DNA from: Bugula neritina
Lineage: Eukaryota > Animalia > Bryozoa
Length of the DNA stretch: 64,000 bases
Direction of reading: 5' to 3'
Assembly: GCA_964035545.1 (NCBI GenBank)
Contig: OZ037765.1
Coordinates: 12,100,698-12,164,697, forward strand
The translations under genes were made by a program, and so were the position numbers. Positions 31,841 to 44,714 of this stretch are shown here, piece by piece; within the stretch, counting starts at the first letter, position 1; the number at the start of each line of letters is the position of its first letter. A model generated the notes under the pieces. That model did not search any database. It was not told where the DNA came from and saw nothing but the letters and a program-made list of their open reading frames with translations.

Positions 31841-31854
31841 GTTTCCATAGAAAC
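31841..31854. promoter_or_regulatory. RFX X-box upstream of the peroxidase gene
   Basis: GTTTCCATAGAAAC fits the X-box consensus GTHNYY-AT-RRNAAC, ~280 bp upstream of the ATG. Confidence 0.4.
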
Positions 31855-32130
31855 GCTTGTATAAGTTTTCATCTTCAAGATCAATGTGCGCATTAATAAT
31901 GGTCTTATTTCTATTAGGTCTTTTTTTATACAACACAGTATCTGCATGCCTTTCAATTAGCATAATAATGTTGATAGATGCATATTTAGTCGTTAATTAC
32001 ACAAATGTTAAAGCATTTATTTGGCTAGGCTGACATCTTGAATATTATTGGCTACAAAATACTTCATAAACCATTCAGCTAGTCAGAATGCCTTTGGAGC
32101 TTCAGCGATCAAGATTGTTCTTCTGCAAAG

Positions 32131-35100
32131 ATGAGGTTCCACACTCTCATATCTTTAATGGTAAGCATCTACAGACTAACTGAAATAATAGATAACAGGT
32201 ATAATAGATTGTGTTGGTTTTCACACCTGTATTATCATGATATTTTTAAAATTATATCTTAATTTTGAAGATTTCTCCACAATGACATATGTTACATTGT
32301 ATTTAAATGAAGTTGAATAAATTTTATATAATAATTGTAGATATTTGTTGGAATAGCTTGTACTCGCACAAAAGCGCAATCTGGAAGGTGAGAAATGATA
32401 ACTCTTACTAAGAAAAAATGTCTTTGTATTTTCCAATGTTTGACTATGCATTTGCTATGTTTAATATTATTTATATAAATACTATAATGCTTTACCTTCA
32501 TAAAGCTCAAAAGCATTATGTATATAGATTAACATAGTCATCAAAATTTGATGCTTTAATAATTGTTTTCTATAATCACTGATAATTAATAAAACCTAAG
32601 TAGTTTTTAACGTAGTAACTTTTGACCTGAAATAAAATGCAAATTATTTTTAAATATGTTTCAGTTTGAATTTTTGAAAGAAATATCTTGTTAATAGCAA
32701 TGTTGTTGTTTCACTTTTTAGATGCTCATTGCCTCATCACCGCAACAGATTTTCATGCCTGCGATTTTTCAACAAACCGTTTACAACTTTCCGAAGATTT
32801 GATGACCAATCAAATTTTCAAAGAGACTTTTTTCAGCGACAAAGGCAACAAGCTCAGCCATTCAATCAAGTTACTCGTGGTTTTTCAACCTCTGCTCCTA
32901 GACGAGTTTCTTTTGACAGATTTAGAAATCCTAGCAATCAATTTGCAGGCCGCCAACGCAGACAGCGCCGAAGACCATTTCCTCAAAGACGCCAACCGGC
33001 TCTCCCAGCATTTCAGTTTCAAAATCAGAGAAACCAATTTTCATCTCGACGACAAGGAACCTTAGCCCCCAGACCTGTTCCACGTAGAAGACCATCACCA
33101 CCAAGGGCTTTACCTCCACAAAGACTACCACCAAGGCCATTGCCTCCACGACGATTACCACCAAGGCGTCTTCCTCAACAAACACCACCAAGACCTTTAC
33201 CTCAACGAAGAATACCACCAAGACCCTTGCGTCAACGGCGGTTACCTCAACAGGCACCACCAACAAGAGCTTTACCTCGACGACGATTGCCTCCGAGGCC
33301 TTTACCTCAACAGACACCACCACCACGACCTCTACCTCAACAGACACCACCACCACCACCACCACGACCTTTGCGTCAACGGCGGTTACCCCAACAAACA
33401 CCACCAAGACCTCTACCCCAACAGACAACACCGAGACCTTTACCTCAACAGACAACACTAAGACCTTTACCTCAGCAGACACCATCAACAAGACCTCTAC
33501 CTCAACAAACGTCACCACCACGAGCAATTCGTCAAACTACAACTGCACTTCAAACACAATCTTCTCCTCAGCCAAGACCTGAGACAACTACTGCGCCATC
33601 TTCTCAACCACTGACAAACACAGAAAGACCCAGACCAGCTTTTAGAAATCCCGAGTCAAATCAGTCAACAAATAATCTTCTCGCCAACAGACAAGATGCA
33701 AATAGAACTTCAACAAATGCACAACAGACAAACCCATCTTCTGTATCTACCATTAGAACCGAGCTAAGAGGAATGCTAAGCAACGTAAGTTCATGATATA
33801 TTCATCAAGTTTAAGTTTTAATATAACAGTACTTTGACTAAATTAACAATTAGAGCACTTACATAACATGTGGTCTTGAGTAGACTGTAACATATGCAGT
33901 AACACTCACAGGCCGGCATTTTGTATGTATCAATTATGTTGAAGCTATTCTTTTAAACTGAAACCATTTGGCTGTGAAATGCCGTCCTTCTAAACTGAGA
34001 AGACCACACAAACTTGCACAGTGCTTAGTCAAATTACAAAAGCTTCATTTGCTATAAGTGGTGCAAAATTCACTTGATTACATTTTATGCTTTCTTTACA
34101 TAAACAACGTGCTTCTTACGTGCAGTGAGTGAACATAAATATAGAATATGCTAGCTTTATGTAAGCTTATCTTTTATTATAGTGTTTGTGTGTTTTTAGC
34201 GTCAAATTATTCCTGGATGGGTGCAAATTGGATTCCATTCTTGTGTTGGTGGATGTGATGGGTGTATTGACGTTTCGGACAAACATAATAAAGGTAAGAA
34301 AAAATAAAGACAGCTTATTTTCTTTGCCTATTTGAAAGAAAAAAAATACCAGCTTGCTATAATTAAGTGTTTTTTCTGTTGGAAGTCTCTCTTTCTTAGA
34401 ATACAGTAGGCTACGTATCATTACTTCAATATTAATTTATGTGATTGTCAGATTAAGGTGTGGTTCTTGCTGGATGGAAGTATTCAATCACTTCCTTACA
34501 GACAGCTTAACTTAAAATTGTAGAGTTTGGTTGAAAAAATATTTGAAGATTAAAATTACACTTTACTCTTGACATTTTACCTTAAATTAATCATGCTGGC
34601 GCAAGCCGAACACACTTGAGTAGAATAACAATAAAATCTTATTTATAGGATGTAATTGTGATAAATATTTCCTTAAGATCCATAATCTCACATACCAGAA
34701 ACACAAGCAACCTTTCAAGCATAAATGATAATTAACTTACCAAACTTTCTTGTAGGACTAACAAATACATACAGAACGCTGAGGGATTTGCACAGAAAGC
34801 ACAGCTCGAACATGACTCTAGCTGACTTTGTTGCCCTAGCTGCTGTAGAAGCAGCTAATGAGGGTATTAGATTATCAAGTAAGTATATAAGTTATTATAC
34901 AAGGTATCTATAGAATACCCAACATATAGTGCCAATTTAGAACCTGTACTCTCTACTCATGCATACACGCACCCCTCAAATTAAATTCTTTGCTTAACCA
35001 TAATTCTTACATGTTGCTAGCAAACACCAACCCAAACATACCATTCAAGATTGGCAGAAGAACTTGTGCTCAGCCTGACAATCCTCAGAAAAATGTACGT

Positions 35101-37494
35101 TTCCCGGATGGAGAGGATCCTAATGCATTGCAGGTTTTGAGGGCTGAATTTGGATTGACTGAGGAGGAAACCGTCGCATTAATGGGTATGTAATGATTGC
35201 TTTGGTGGAAATTAAATAGATTCATTACTGTAAAAATAACTTTTTTCCTAAATTGAAATTAGTTATTGCAATAGCAGTTTTCAGACATTTTTCAATTACT
35301 AATGATCTAGTAATATAATATAAAATATTGGAAAAATAGCTTTTTATATATCAATTATCACAAAAAATGCTTTTTGGTATACATTATTTTTGAGCATCAA
35401 ACGAAAATATGCTGTATGGCTGTAAAATCTGCCAAAAGAGTTAATGTTATTTTGCAATCTAATTAGTTTTACTTGATTGATGGCTAATGCAGCTTTGTTA
35501 CATAAGAGTAGGGATGGTTTCAACTCATTACTATTATATATATTCTAGAATTCTAATTTGAAAACTATCTATACTTTTCATCAAGTAATGTGAGCCTAAT
35601 TCATCTCCAAAAAATAATGCAAGCTTTTGTTTAAGAAAAGTAGTTGTTAGATTGCCAACATATTTATAGCTGTTACAGCAATATCTAAAAATAAGTTCAA
35701 ATACATTAAATTATATTAGTCGCTGTCTTTAGAATTGCAGGTAACTTAATTTTATGCTATATATTAGTAAATCAATTAATAAAATAAGTATTAAAAATAT
35801 TGCCTTCTATAGTAGTTGCACAAAGAACAGAATTAATCATTCTTTTTAAAACATAGAAAATTTAGATACAATTTCTAAAGTTTAAGCTGAATATTTAAAA
35901 TAAAACTATTTTAATAGTTTCTACATTGCTTGAATGATTTGTACTAATTTATAAAACATATAGACTGTGGTAGTGTTTTTGCAAAAGAATTTAATTTAAT
36001 TTTAATTTATTTTTCTCATAATTGCACAATAACGGTTGTTTTTGCTCATTGTGCTTATGCAATATAGTCTTCCTTAATAAACATGGTGGTCCAATTTACA
36101 AACGAAAAAATAAATTAATCTTACTGCTCATTTCCACATTTATGCTAAAGAAGTATTTCTTAATTTACAATAAAGACGTCCATTTTGATATTGCAATGTG
36201 CCTTACCTTCAAGGATTCAGCAGGCTTTGTTCACCAGGCAGTACCACCAAATAATTTGCATTTAGCATTAAACACTTCCTTTGTTACCATAAATTTTATC
36301 AGCTTTCCAAAAATTGTCCTGTTGTGCATAGTAACAAATAGAACCTCCATGGAGACAAATAGTTAATAGAATAAATTATACTCCATTAAACAGCTTTATT
36401 GTAATTTTGTTGGTAAATGAGCGTTTCATCTTCAACATATCACTGTTACAGGAGCACACTCGCTGGGGAGATGCAGGGCAGAGAACACTGGTTTCCAAGG
36501 TGCATGGGATAACACTCCCACAGTGTTTGATAATGGTTACTACAAAAGTTTACTTGGTACTGAATGGCACATTGTAGATAGCCCTGGCGGGTATGATGTA
36601 CAACATTCTTAAACTAGCAATTATTCAACAAATAATTTATGCCTCACCTAAAACTTGTTTAGTAGATAGTTAGCATGATCATGAAAAAGTATATTAGCAA
36701 GCTGCTCACTTTAGCAGGTAAAATGCAGTTTTACCAATATATTCTAATTACTTATTATAATATTGTGATGATTATAATTATAAAATTATAATAATTAGAG
36801 TTTGAAGAGTTGAAGTTACCTGCAGTAAGTAGGTTACCACAACTAACAAATCTTTCTTATATTATGAAAAATATTGAAATAATCATGACTTTATTAAATA
36901 TCACATTGTCACAGTTGATAAGTTTACATTAAAACTTACTGAAATGTTTTTATATATCATTTGCAATGTAGCTTTATACAGTAAAAATTTAATTAACATC
37001 TATAGTAAATAAATGTAAATACGAATGATGTCATTGTAGATCAACGCAGTTGTCCGCTAATGCTAACAACACAAACTCCAGAATGATGTTGCTTGCTGAT
37101 GCAAGACTCATAAAAGATTTCACAACAAGCGGTCCTAAGAACCGGCCATCTTGTGCAACTTTCAACCAATGTAGTGATGCTTCTACTCGGGCTCTGGTAA
37201 GTTATATAAATATAATATAATATAATCTATTTATTGAGAAGAACTGATTGTTCTATTACGCTATTGATTGAGTATAACACTATATTAAGTATATGTAACA
37301 ATGCTCAGCAACCATACTCTTTAACTTGATGCTTGAATTTTAGTATGGTTACCCATACGCCTTCAACGTTTGTAATTAATCTCTGTTGAATGCTTCCCCA
37401 TTATTAGGTGGAGAGATACTCAAGGGAAGAAAGCACTTTTGGAAGAGATTTCTCCGTCGCTTTTGTGAAGATGTTAGAAAAAGGTCTCAACTAA
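32131..37494 (+). CDS. Secreted non-animal-superfamily heme peroxidase (APX/CcP/class III-like) with Pro/Arg-rich N-terminal extension (~634 aa)
   Basis: Exons 32131-32160, 32341-32387, 32722-33784, 34200-34293, 34756-34878, 35021-35185, 36452-36590, 37040-37196, 37408-37494, all phase-consistent. Signal peptide MRFHTLISLMIFVGIACTRTKA; distal site WVQIGFHSCVGGCDGC; HNKGL; MTLADFVALAAVEA; FKIGRR; FGLTEEETVALMGAHSLG (proximal His); GFQGAW...FDNGYY; MMLLAD; FGRDFSVAFVKM. Confidence 0.92.
33066..33530 (+). repeat. Coding tandem repeat (PPRPLPQQT / RRLPPRPLP units)
   Basis: Variable-length units such as acaccaccaagacctttacctcaacag within peroxidase exon 3. Confidence 0.9.
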
Positions 37495-38745
37495 CTCAGG
37501 TTCAAGTGCATACTTTGCTCAGCTCCCAATCAGCTGCTGGCTACTAGTTTGTGCTAGAGAGATGACAACTACTGTGCAACTATATTTGCATTGTGGCTTT
37601 AAAGTATTACAATAATAGTATTATAAGTAGCAATTTTTCAATGGTACTATTTGCTTTCTATTATATAATGAACTGTAGCATAATATTGTTTTGTTTAGCA
37701 CTCTTGGTTATTGTTGATGTTGCTATGTTTTACCCATCATATGTTGTTTTATTGTTCATCTTGCTTATTGTATCACTGGCAGTTTGTTGTATTGTTACAA
37801 TTGCATTATTGTTGATAGCATATTTTGCTTTGAATGAATTTAAAAACTTAAGATTTTCATATTAACTAATAAATGGTAAACTACTGGTAAACACTTTGAA
37901 GCCATGACTAGACGAATCATACAAAGATAATGTTCGCATTTCGTCCACCTGTTGACGCTCCAACCAGTTTCTTTCAGTGGTTCTTTTGTTTTAGTATTTT
38001 ACATTGACCCCCATTAAAAGTATATTAAAAAAGTTGTGAAAATACACAACATTGCTTTATACTGGTGTTTTCAAGTCGTATCCAGTAAGTGTATGCTCCA
38101 ATACATTGAATTTTATGATAGTGGGCGACTATTTGGTGAACATGTACTGCATATAATTAAAAGCAATTTAAAAAGATTATTAGGACAAATTACTATACTT
38201 AAATAACAAAGAATTTTTAAACAAGTTTAGTATTGAATTGTATTTTTTAACTGAAAAATTTATTGCAAATTTTAAAAAATGCTGCTATAATTTAGAATGC
38301 AGGCAGCAGAGTGTACCAATAGTTTAAATTCCACTTGACTCATAATTTTTATTTTATTTTCCCAGTGTTATTGAATAAAGAAACATGTAAGGCAAAACTT
38401 GGTGAATGAAGATATGTAAAAGAAAGAATAATATAAATAAGAACTTCATCAGGAAAAAAAAACAAAAAAATGAAAGTGCATAAACATAATATGTATTGCA
38501 TAAGAAGCAACGGAACAAAAGTGCTACACAAGTATATTGGTAGCTTATTAACTTAATTTGGGGAGGGGGGGGGGAGGAGGAGTACAACAATGTTACGAGT
38601 CTGCGTTGGGCAAACCTGAATTGCTCTTTTTCAATAGATTTTTAACTGCAATAATTTTAGGTTTTGCTCCACATGCTGATAGAACTATTTTACTAGCATA
38701 TCATTGAGCACTTTACAGTAGATACAGCACTACTACTGTTAGGCG

Positions 38746-38945
38746 CACACGCACACACGAACGCACACACACACACTTGAACGCACACACACACACACAC
38801 ACACACGCACACACACGCACACACACGCACACACACGCACACACACACACGCACACACACGCACACACACGCACACACACGCACACACACGCACACACAC
38901 GCACACACACGCACACACACGCACACACACACGACACACACGACA
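38746..38945. repeat. (CA)n/(CACG) microsatellite
   Basis: Seen directly; explains the CVCV/HTHT ORFs. Confidence 0.95.
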
Positions 38946-39440
38946 TACAAAACAAACACACGCAATACTGTACAGCTACTGTGATTTTTCGGTTAATCAC
39001 AAGTGTTTAAATTTTAGTTGTTGGCTGAAGTTATAGTCATTTTAGGAAACACAACTTCAAATCAATTTCTCATCCCGCAATAAAAAAATAGCCAACCGTA
39101 AATAATCTCCTATGCGGTATACCTGTGGCTGTGCTTTGTTTTGGAAAGAAATATTAGTATAATACCATTAGACTTAGTATTACTATTAGTATGCTTGCAA
39201 TTACACCTACGGCTACCGAAAACTTGCATCAAGTAAACTTAGAGGTGATTTTAATGTTATACAAGTGCAACTTTTAAACTTCTGCAAATGCAACCTTACG
39301 TTCACAGGGGCTTTAAGTTTTAGTGGGCGCTACAATTTGAATTTATCATTTTATAAATTTATTGCCATCACTATCAGTATCAGTATCACTATCAGTATCA
39401 GTCTATGGTTTATGAGTATGACTAACTATGACTACTACTA

Positions 39441-39455
39441 CTAGTAGTAGTACTG

Positions 39456-39497
<42 letters not shown>

Positions 39498-39526
39498 GTA
39501 CTACTACTACTACTACTACTAGTACT
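39441..39526. repeat. (CTA)n microsatellite embedded in a longer cryptic hexamer tract (~39160-41050)
   Basis: Seen directly. Confidence 0.9.
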
Positions 39527-41115
39527 ACGTCTACTGTGCTAGTACTTGTACTATCACTATGAGTATGAGGCATGAGTATCAGTATGTCAACTCGAATTAA
39601 TATTTGTTATTTATATTCATATTGATATTCATGTTGACTCTTACTCTTAGTCTTAAGCATTGATTTTGAATCAGTGTCTTTGAGTGACTTGGTGACTGTG
39701 AGTGATATTGACTTTGACTCACTGAGAGTAAGTTTGAGTGATGTTGAATTTGATGCTCATACTTATACTTATAGTTATAGTGATAGTCAATGTCATACTG
39801 ATACTCATACAGTCATACTGATACTTATTATTACCATTATCATTATGCTAATTTTACATGTCTGATAGTGATAGTGAATGTGATAGGTAATGGTGATGTC
39901 AATGTCAAATTGTCATAGTGATAGTCATAGTCAATGTCATTGTGATTGTCTCGGTCTGTGTCAAAATCATGATCATGATGACGATAGTCATTGTCAAACT
40001 GAACTCAATCAGTTAACTCAAAGTCAATATGACTCTGACAGTGACTGTGTGATGCTGATACGCATGCTGGCGTAGTCAAGTGTAATATCAATATGAATTT
40101 AAAGTAAATATATTAGAATTATAATCATATGAATATTAATATAAATATTATATTTATTGACAATATAACATGTTTTACTCTTATTGCTGGCCACATTAAC
40201 ACCAATGTCGATGGGTATTCATTGAATTTGATGGTGATAGTGATACTGATAAGTGATAGGTGATAGTGATAATCATAATGATAAGTCAAACTCAATGATT
40301 ATTACCATTATTCATTATGTTAATCATTAAATTTAATCATAATAACGATAATCACAATTAATCAAAATAAGAATGTGATATCATAGTCATAATCATACTG
40401 ATAATGATATTGAGCCTGATTTAATTAAACTTAATGATACGCTCACTCACTCACCGTCATTGCTAAAACTAGCTAGTAATATGTTTAGATAAATATTTAT
40501 ATTTACCCCGTCCATTTTGACCAAGACACCAACAGCAGTACTAAGTTTAATGTCTTGCACTTCTACTTATAGTAATATTAAATTTAGTAATACTAATACT
40601 AATATTAATACTAATAGCCTTCACAGGACAATTAATATAAATGTATAATTATCAATACTCAATAGCCATATGCTTATACTTATAGTTATAGGTATACACT
40701 TACTTGATATGCATAATGATGATGATAATTGTAGCACTCGTGTTCAGATTGATATTCATATTGTAAAAGTGATACTAATATTTTCATTTACTTTTAGTTA
40801 GCATTTGAGTTTGTCATAAAGTAAGTAAATAATAAATATACATTATATTATTGTTTAAATTATCATTATGCCTTCAACATGAATATAGAATATCATTTAT
40901 AAATATTGATCAATAATTTAATACCAATGTAAATCTATATAGTAATAAGATGAAGATGATAAAACTAATTTACAAAGTTTTGGATTGTTGGTATTTATAT
41001 TGTGGTAAAATTGTGTATAGTATAACTAATGCTTATATTTTTCCTTACTAGTATTAACTTCATTCCCATGGAATGCGTGTTTTCTTAGATATACATCATT
41101 ACATAGCCATAGTAT

Positions 41116-41720
41116 TGTAACAGCTAAGTGTTATGTTGGCAATGATGGGATTAGCTATTATTCCCAGCTACTTACTACTACTGACGTGACTGGATTAGCT
41201 ATTGTTTCTGACGGCTCACAGGAATACTTATATAATCAAGATAACCGGGATTTCCCTGCGAAGTTCGCTCGATTCGAGCGATTCTTTTATTCTAGCCCTG
41301 CGAATCCCCTGCGATTCGAGCGAATTCCCTCGAATTCGCTCGGAACATTCTGGTGGGAATGTTTCCCAATGTATAAAAGGGAGCCCTCAACACAGTAGAA
41401 TCAGTCTTCAGCCAGCAGCATAACAGGACACATCTCGGAGCTACCAAGCCAGGACAATAACACACTTAGTTAATTATCTTATACTTTGTTTACCAGTTTA
41501 CTAGTAAGTTTTCCATACATGTAAGGAGTTGTCCTCCCTAACTGCTATTTTTGGATTTATATATATTATGGAGTAAATAAAGGGGATTGTGAGTATTACA
41601 TTTCTTATTTATTGTGCATAAATACCCTCCTACAAAGAGTCACTGTGTTCAATCAGCTAACAACCCACACCAATAATTGCATGCAGCGAATCATAACATT
41701 CTACGCATAAAATTATTACA
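41116..41720 (+). mobile_element. Solo LTR, probably Gypsy-like
   Basis: TGTAA...TTACA termini, imperfect 4-bp flanks GTAT/ATAT, CpG-rich U3-like repeats (gcgattcgagcga), TATAAAA at 41372, AATAAA at 41576; no internal coding region. Confidence 0.7.
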
Positions 41721-43414
41721 ATATTACGGTGATACCAATAGTTATAGTTGGTAATTGCAATATGAATAGTAATAGTAATAACAATGCAAAGTTATAGTTC
41801 TGATTCTCTTTGCAACTACACTTACTGAAACACATATGATAGTTGTAGATACAGTGAGTAAGATTAATATTTGAATAATACATTTACGCACTTATAGATT
41901 TGTAGCCATAAGTAGAATTCATGAAAAAATAATCATAATTATACTCTATAAATTATAGTGATGGTCATTCATCATGATTATGCTCGGTCTTATAACTGTA
42001 CTAAAACTAATGGTAACAGTAATGGTAATAGTTTGATACTTTGCTAAAAATATGAATTATTCTCTTTCTACAATTTATTTTACTGATCACGATAATCGTG
42101 TTTCACCTTTTGACTATAATATATAAGGAGTCTAGCATCCAACATGGTTTTTTCATATGATAGAGTGGCAAGTAAGAAAACATTATAGTCACTAAATATG
42201 TCACAAAAGGGTCAAGTTGCGTTCTTAACTGCCTCCATTCACATATACAGATAACATATATCATAAACATCTATGTGTATGGGCATGTGTGCGTATACAG
42301 GAGTATATAGCGTTTTTGTGCAATAGAGTTGATTGCAAGATTTGCTTGCTAATTGATAATTCCTAAACGAAATACTGTGTGCCTTCTAGAATGGAAAAAA
42401 AGCAGATGACTCTTGTTTATTCTCGAACTGTTTTTAGATTTATTTTTCCTTGAAAATTACAGTACTATTGCTATATTGAAATGTTTGACTTCAAGGTTTG
42501 GGCGTGCCTTGATTACAATTGTCCAATGTGATGTTTTCTCACTAAAATGTAGTTTTATGACGCGGCCAGGTTTGAGCTTCATACTCACCCATTTGTTCCA
42601 TTTGATCATTCTTTTCTAGGTATTGCTCGGGTAAGGCATTCAAATAAACATAGTGAATCATCTTTGATATTGTGGTGTATTTTGGTTACTTGTGAATATT
42701 GTTGGTCTAAATATTTTGCGGAGACATGCCAAGTTTTTAAGGCACCAGCAAAAACATTCTTTTGAGTTGTTATTAAATATGCTCTTTATGAAAATTCAAG
42801 AATAAAGGAAATTATTTACCATATTTTATTGTGCTGGAACAATGTGTGCAATCCTAACACTTTTCGATAATTGAATGCAATTACACATATTTTTAGAAAC
42901 ATAATTAATTATTCTGGAGCAAAAATATTAGTTTGCATACTAAACAAAGTAAACGCATCTCAATATTTATGCTTCTAAATATATTATTCATGCTAAGAAA
43001 TAATCTTTTCTAAATATCTTTTGAACTTGCTGGTAATTTTTAAGTTAGTTATACAAAAGTTTACTAAGCTGAAAATAAACTTGTTTTTAAACTTACTAAA
43101 TTGTTTAGCATCATAGTAATAGCTTTTTAGATTATATGAAGGCTGGAAGAAAAAGTTTGATTTAAGCAGGATTATTTTAAACAATAACACATTGAGTTCT
43201 GATAAACTCAGTTTAAACTATGCTTTGTTTAATTTGTTAATTATAATTACTGAAACTTGTTGGAGATGCAGAAGGCAGTCTCTGTGTATAGATGACATGC
43301 TCTGGCAGTACTACTATTTCCCTAGCAGCATGTTGGAAGCACTCGGCATTTTATAGCCCCAAGATCCTGCTCAGTGGTCATTACCAAATAAACTCGCGCA
43401 AGTTTATAGTAACC

Positions 43415-43586
43415 ATCCCTGTGAGAAAACCCCTGATAGAAGGGGTTTTTGTTAAATCAGGCTAAGAATTTATTCAGATGAGCAATAATAACTGGATGAT
43501 CTTCCTAACATCACCAATGGCCTTTGTCAGGGTTCGAACCCTTGACTTTGTGCTTACTAGGCAAACGCTCTAACCCGTCTGCTCTC
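43415..43586 (-). mobile_element. tRNA-derived SINE, copy 2 (same family as 31081)
   Basis: Reverse complement reads gagagcag..gggttagagcgtttgcctagtaa..GGTTCGAACCC..aaggccattggtgatgttagg. Confidence 0.75.
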
Positions 43587-43683
43587 AAATCATCATGTTT
43601 AATTACTTATACTTCTTATTTATCTTGCGTCAGTTATTTTTTTTCCTTGAATTAGCACAAGTATCTATCATTTTCAGAAAGGA

Positions 43684-44590
43684 ATGAGTCTCGGGTTAAA
43701 TAACTGCGACTTGATAAGAAAAAAGTCGAAGTTAAAGCCAACTACTACCCTAGTGACTACCTGTGCTGGAGTTCAATACACAGAACAATTATCAGAAATG
43801 ATGAGACACAGGCATTGCAGTCGCCCTGCGAACCTTATTCTAGAACATAGTACACACCCAGGTTTTGTTATTGACACAAAACCTGATTTAGACATTGGAG
43901 TGGTAACCAGCAACCTACTAATTGGTAAGTTTTAATGTTCAAGTAATTTTATATTGGGACATTTCAATTGGATGTAGCAAAGTTGAACCTGCTCACTAGA
44001 TATGCCACTGCTTTGCTTGCTATCAAATTTAATAGTAGTTTCATGAACATTATTGTTAATCAATAACCAGCTTTGAATTTGTCTTTGCAATATACTTTCT
44101 GACTAGAAGGTATTATATATGGAGCATTTCTAGTTAATGTTAACAATTGTGCTTATCATATTTATACCTATTTTCTAATTGTGTTTTTTTAGGTTCAATA
44201 GATGCAGCAAGTGATAAAAAGCTTTTAGAACTGCACAAAGTAACTCACATCCTATCCGTAGCCCCATTAAAGAACTACCAAGTTCCCATAGAAGCAGAGC
44301 ACCTATGCTTGGACATTCTTGATTTGCCAGATACTGAGCTTAGTGACTACTTCGCAGCAGCATTTGAATTTATAGACAAATCTATTAGTAGTGGTGGCTG
44401 CATTTTAATTCATTGCAACGCTGGTGTATCCCGTTCAGCAGCTATAACTATTGCCTACCTCATGCATTCTAAGAGCATGTCATATGACTCAGCGTGGCAA
44501 CTTCTCAAAGAAAAAAGACCAGCTATAAATCCAAACATAGGATTTATTTTTCAACTGAAACAATTTGAACATCAGAAAATAAACAAATGA
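43684..44590 (+). CDS. DUSP19: Atypical dual-specificity phosphatase, DUSP19-like
   Basis: Exons 43684-43924 and 44193-44590. N-terminal LKPTTTLVTTCAG and GFVIDTKPDLDIG are typical of DUSP19; general acid DLPDT; active site HCNAGVSRS; AYLM; RPAINPNIGF. An acceptor-like TTTTCAG just before the ATG implies an upstream non-coding exon. Confidence 0.9.
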
Positions 44591-44714
44591 GTATTTATGG
44601 TGAGAGAAAAATAAACAATAATGATAAACTTTAACTATATCCTCTACTCAACAAATATATTATGTCTCTATTTTTCTAAATATAAATGAAAAAAAAAACA
44701 AACAGACTATTTCT

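Noticed and set aside
32688-33527. Overlapping ORFs 32688..33065 (+) and Val-rich 32931..33527 (-)
   Set aside because: Shadow frames of the repetitive peroxidase exon.
38693-39010. Cys/Val- and His/Thr-rich ORFs; also 12201..12446, 39674..40075 and 62182..62532
   Set aside because: Translations of microsatellite or low-complexity DNA.
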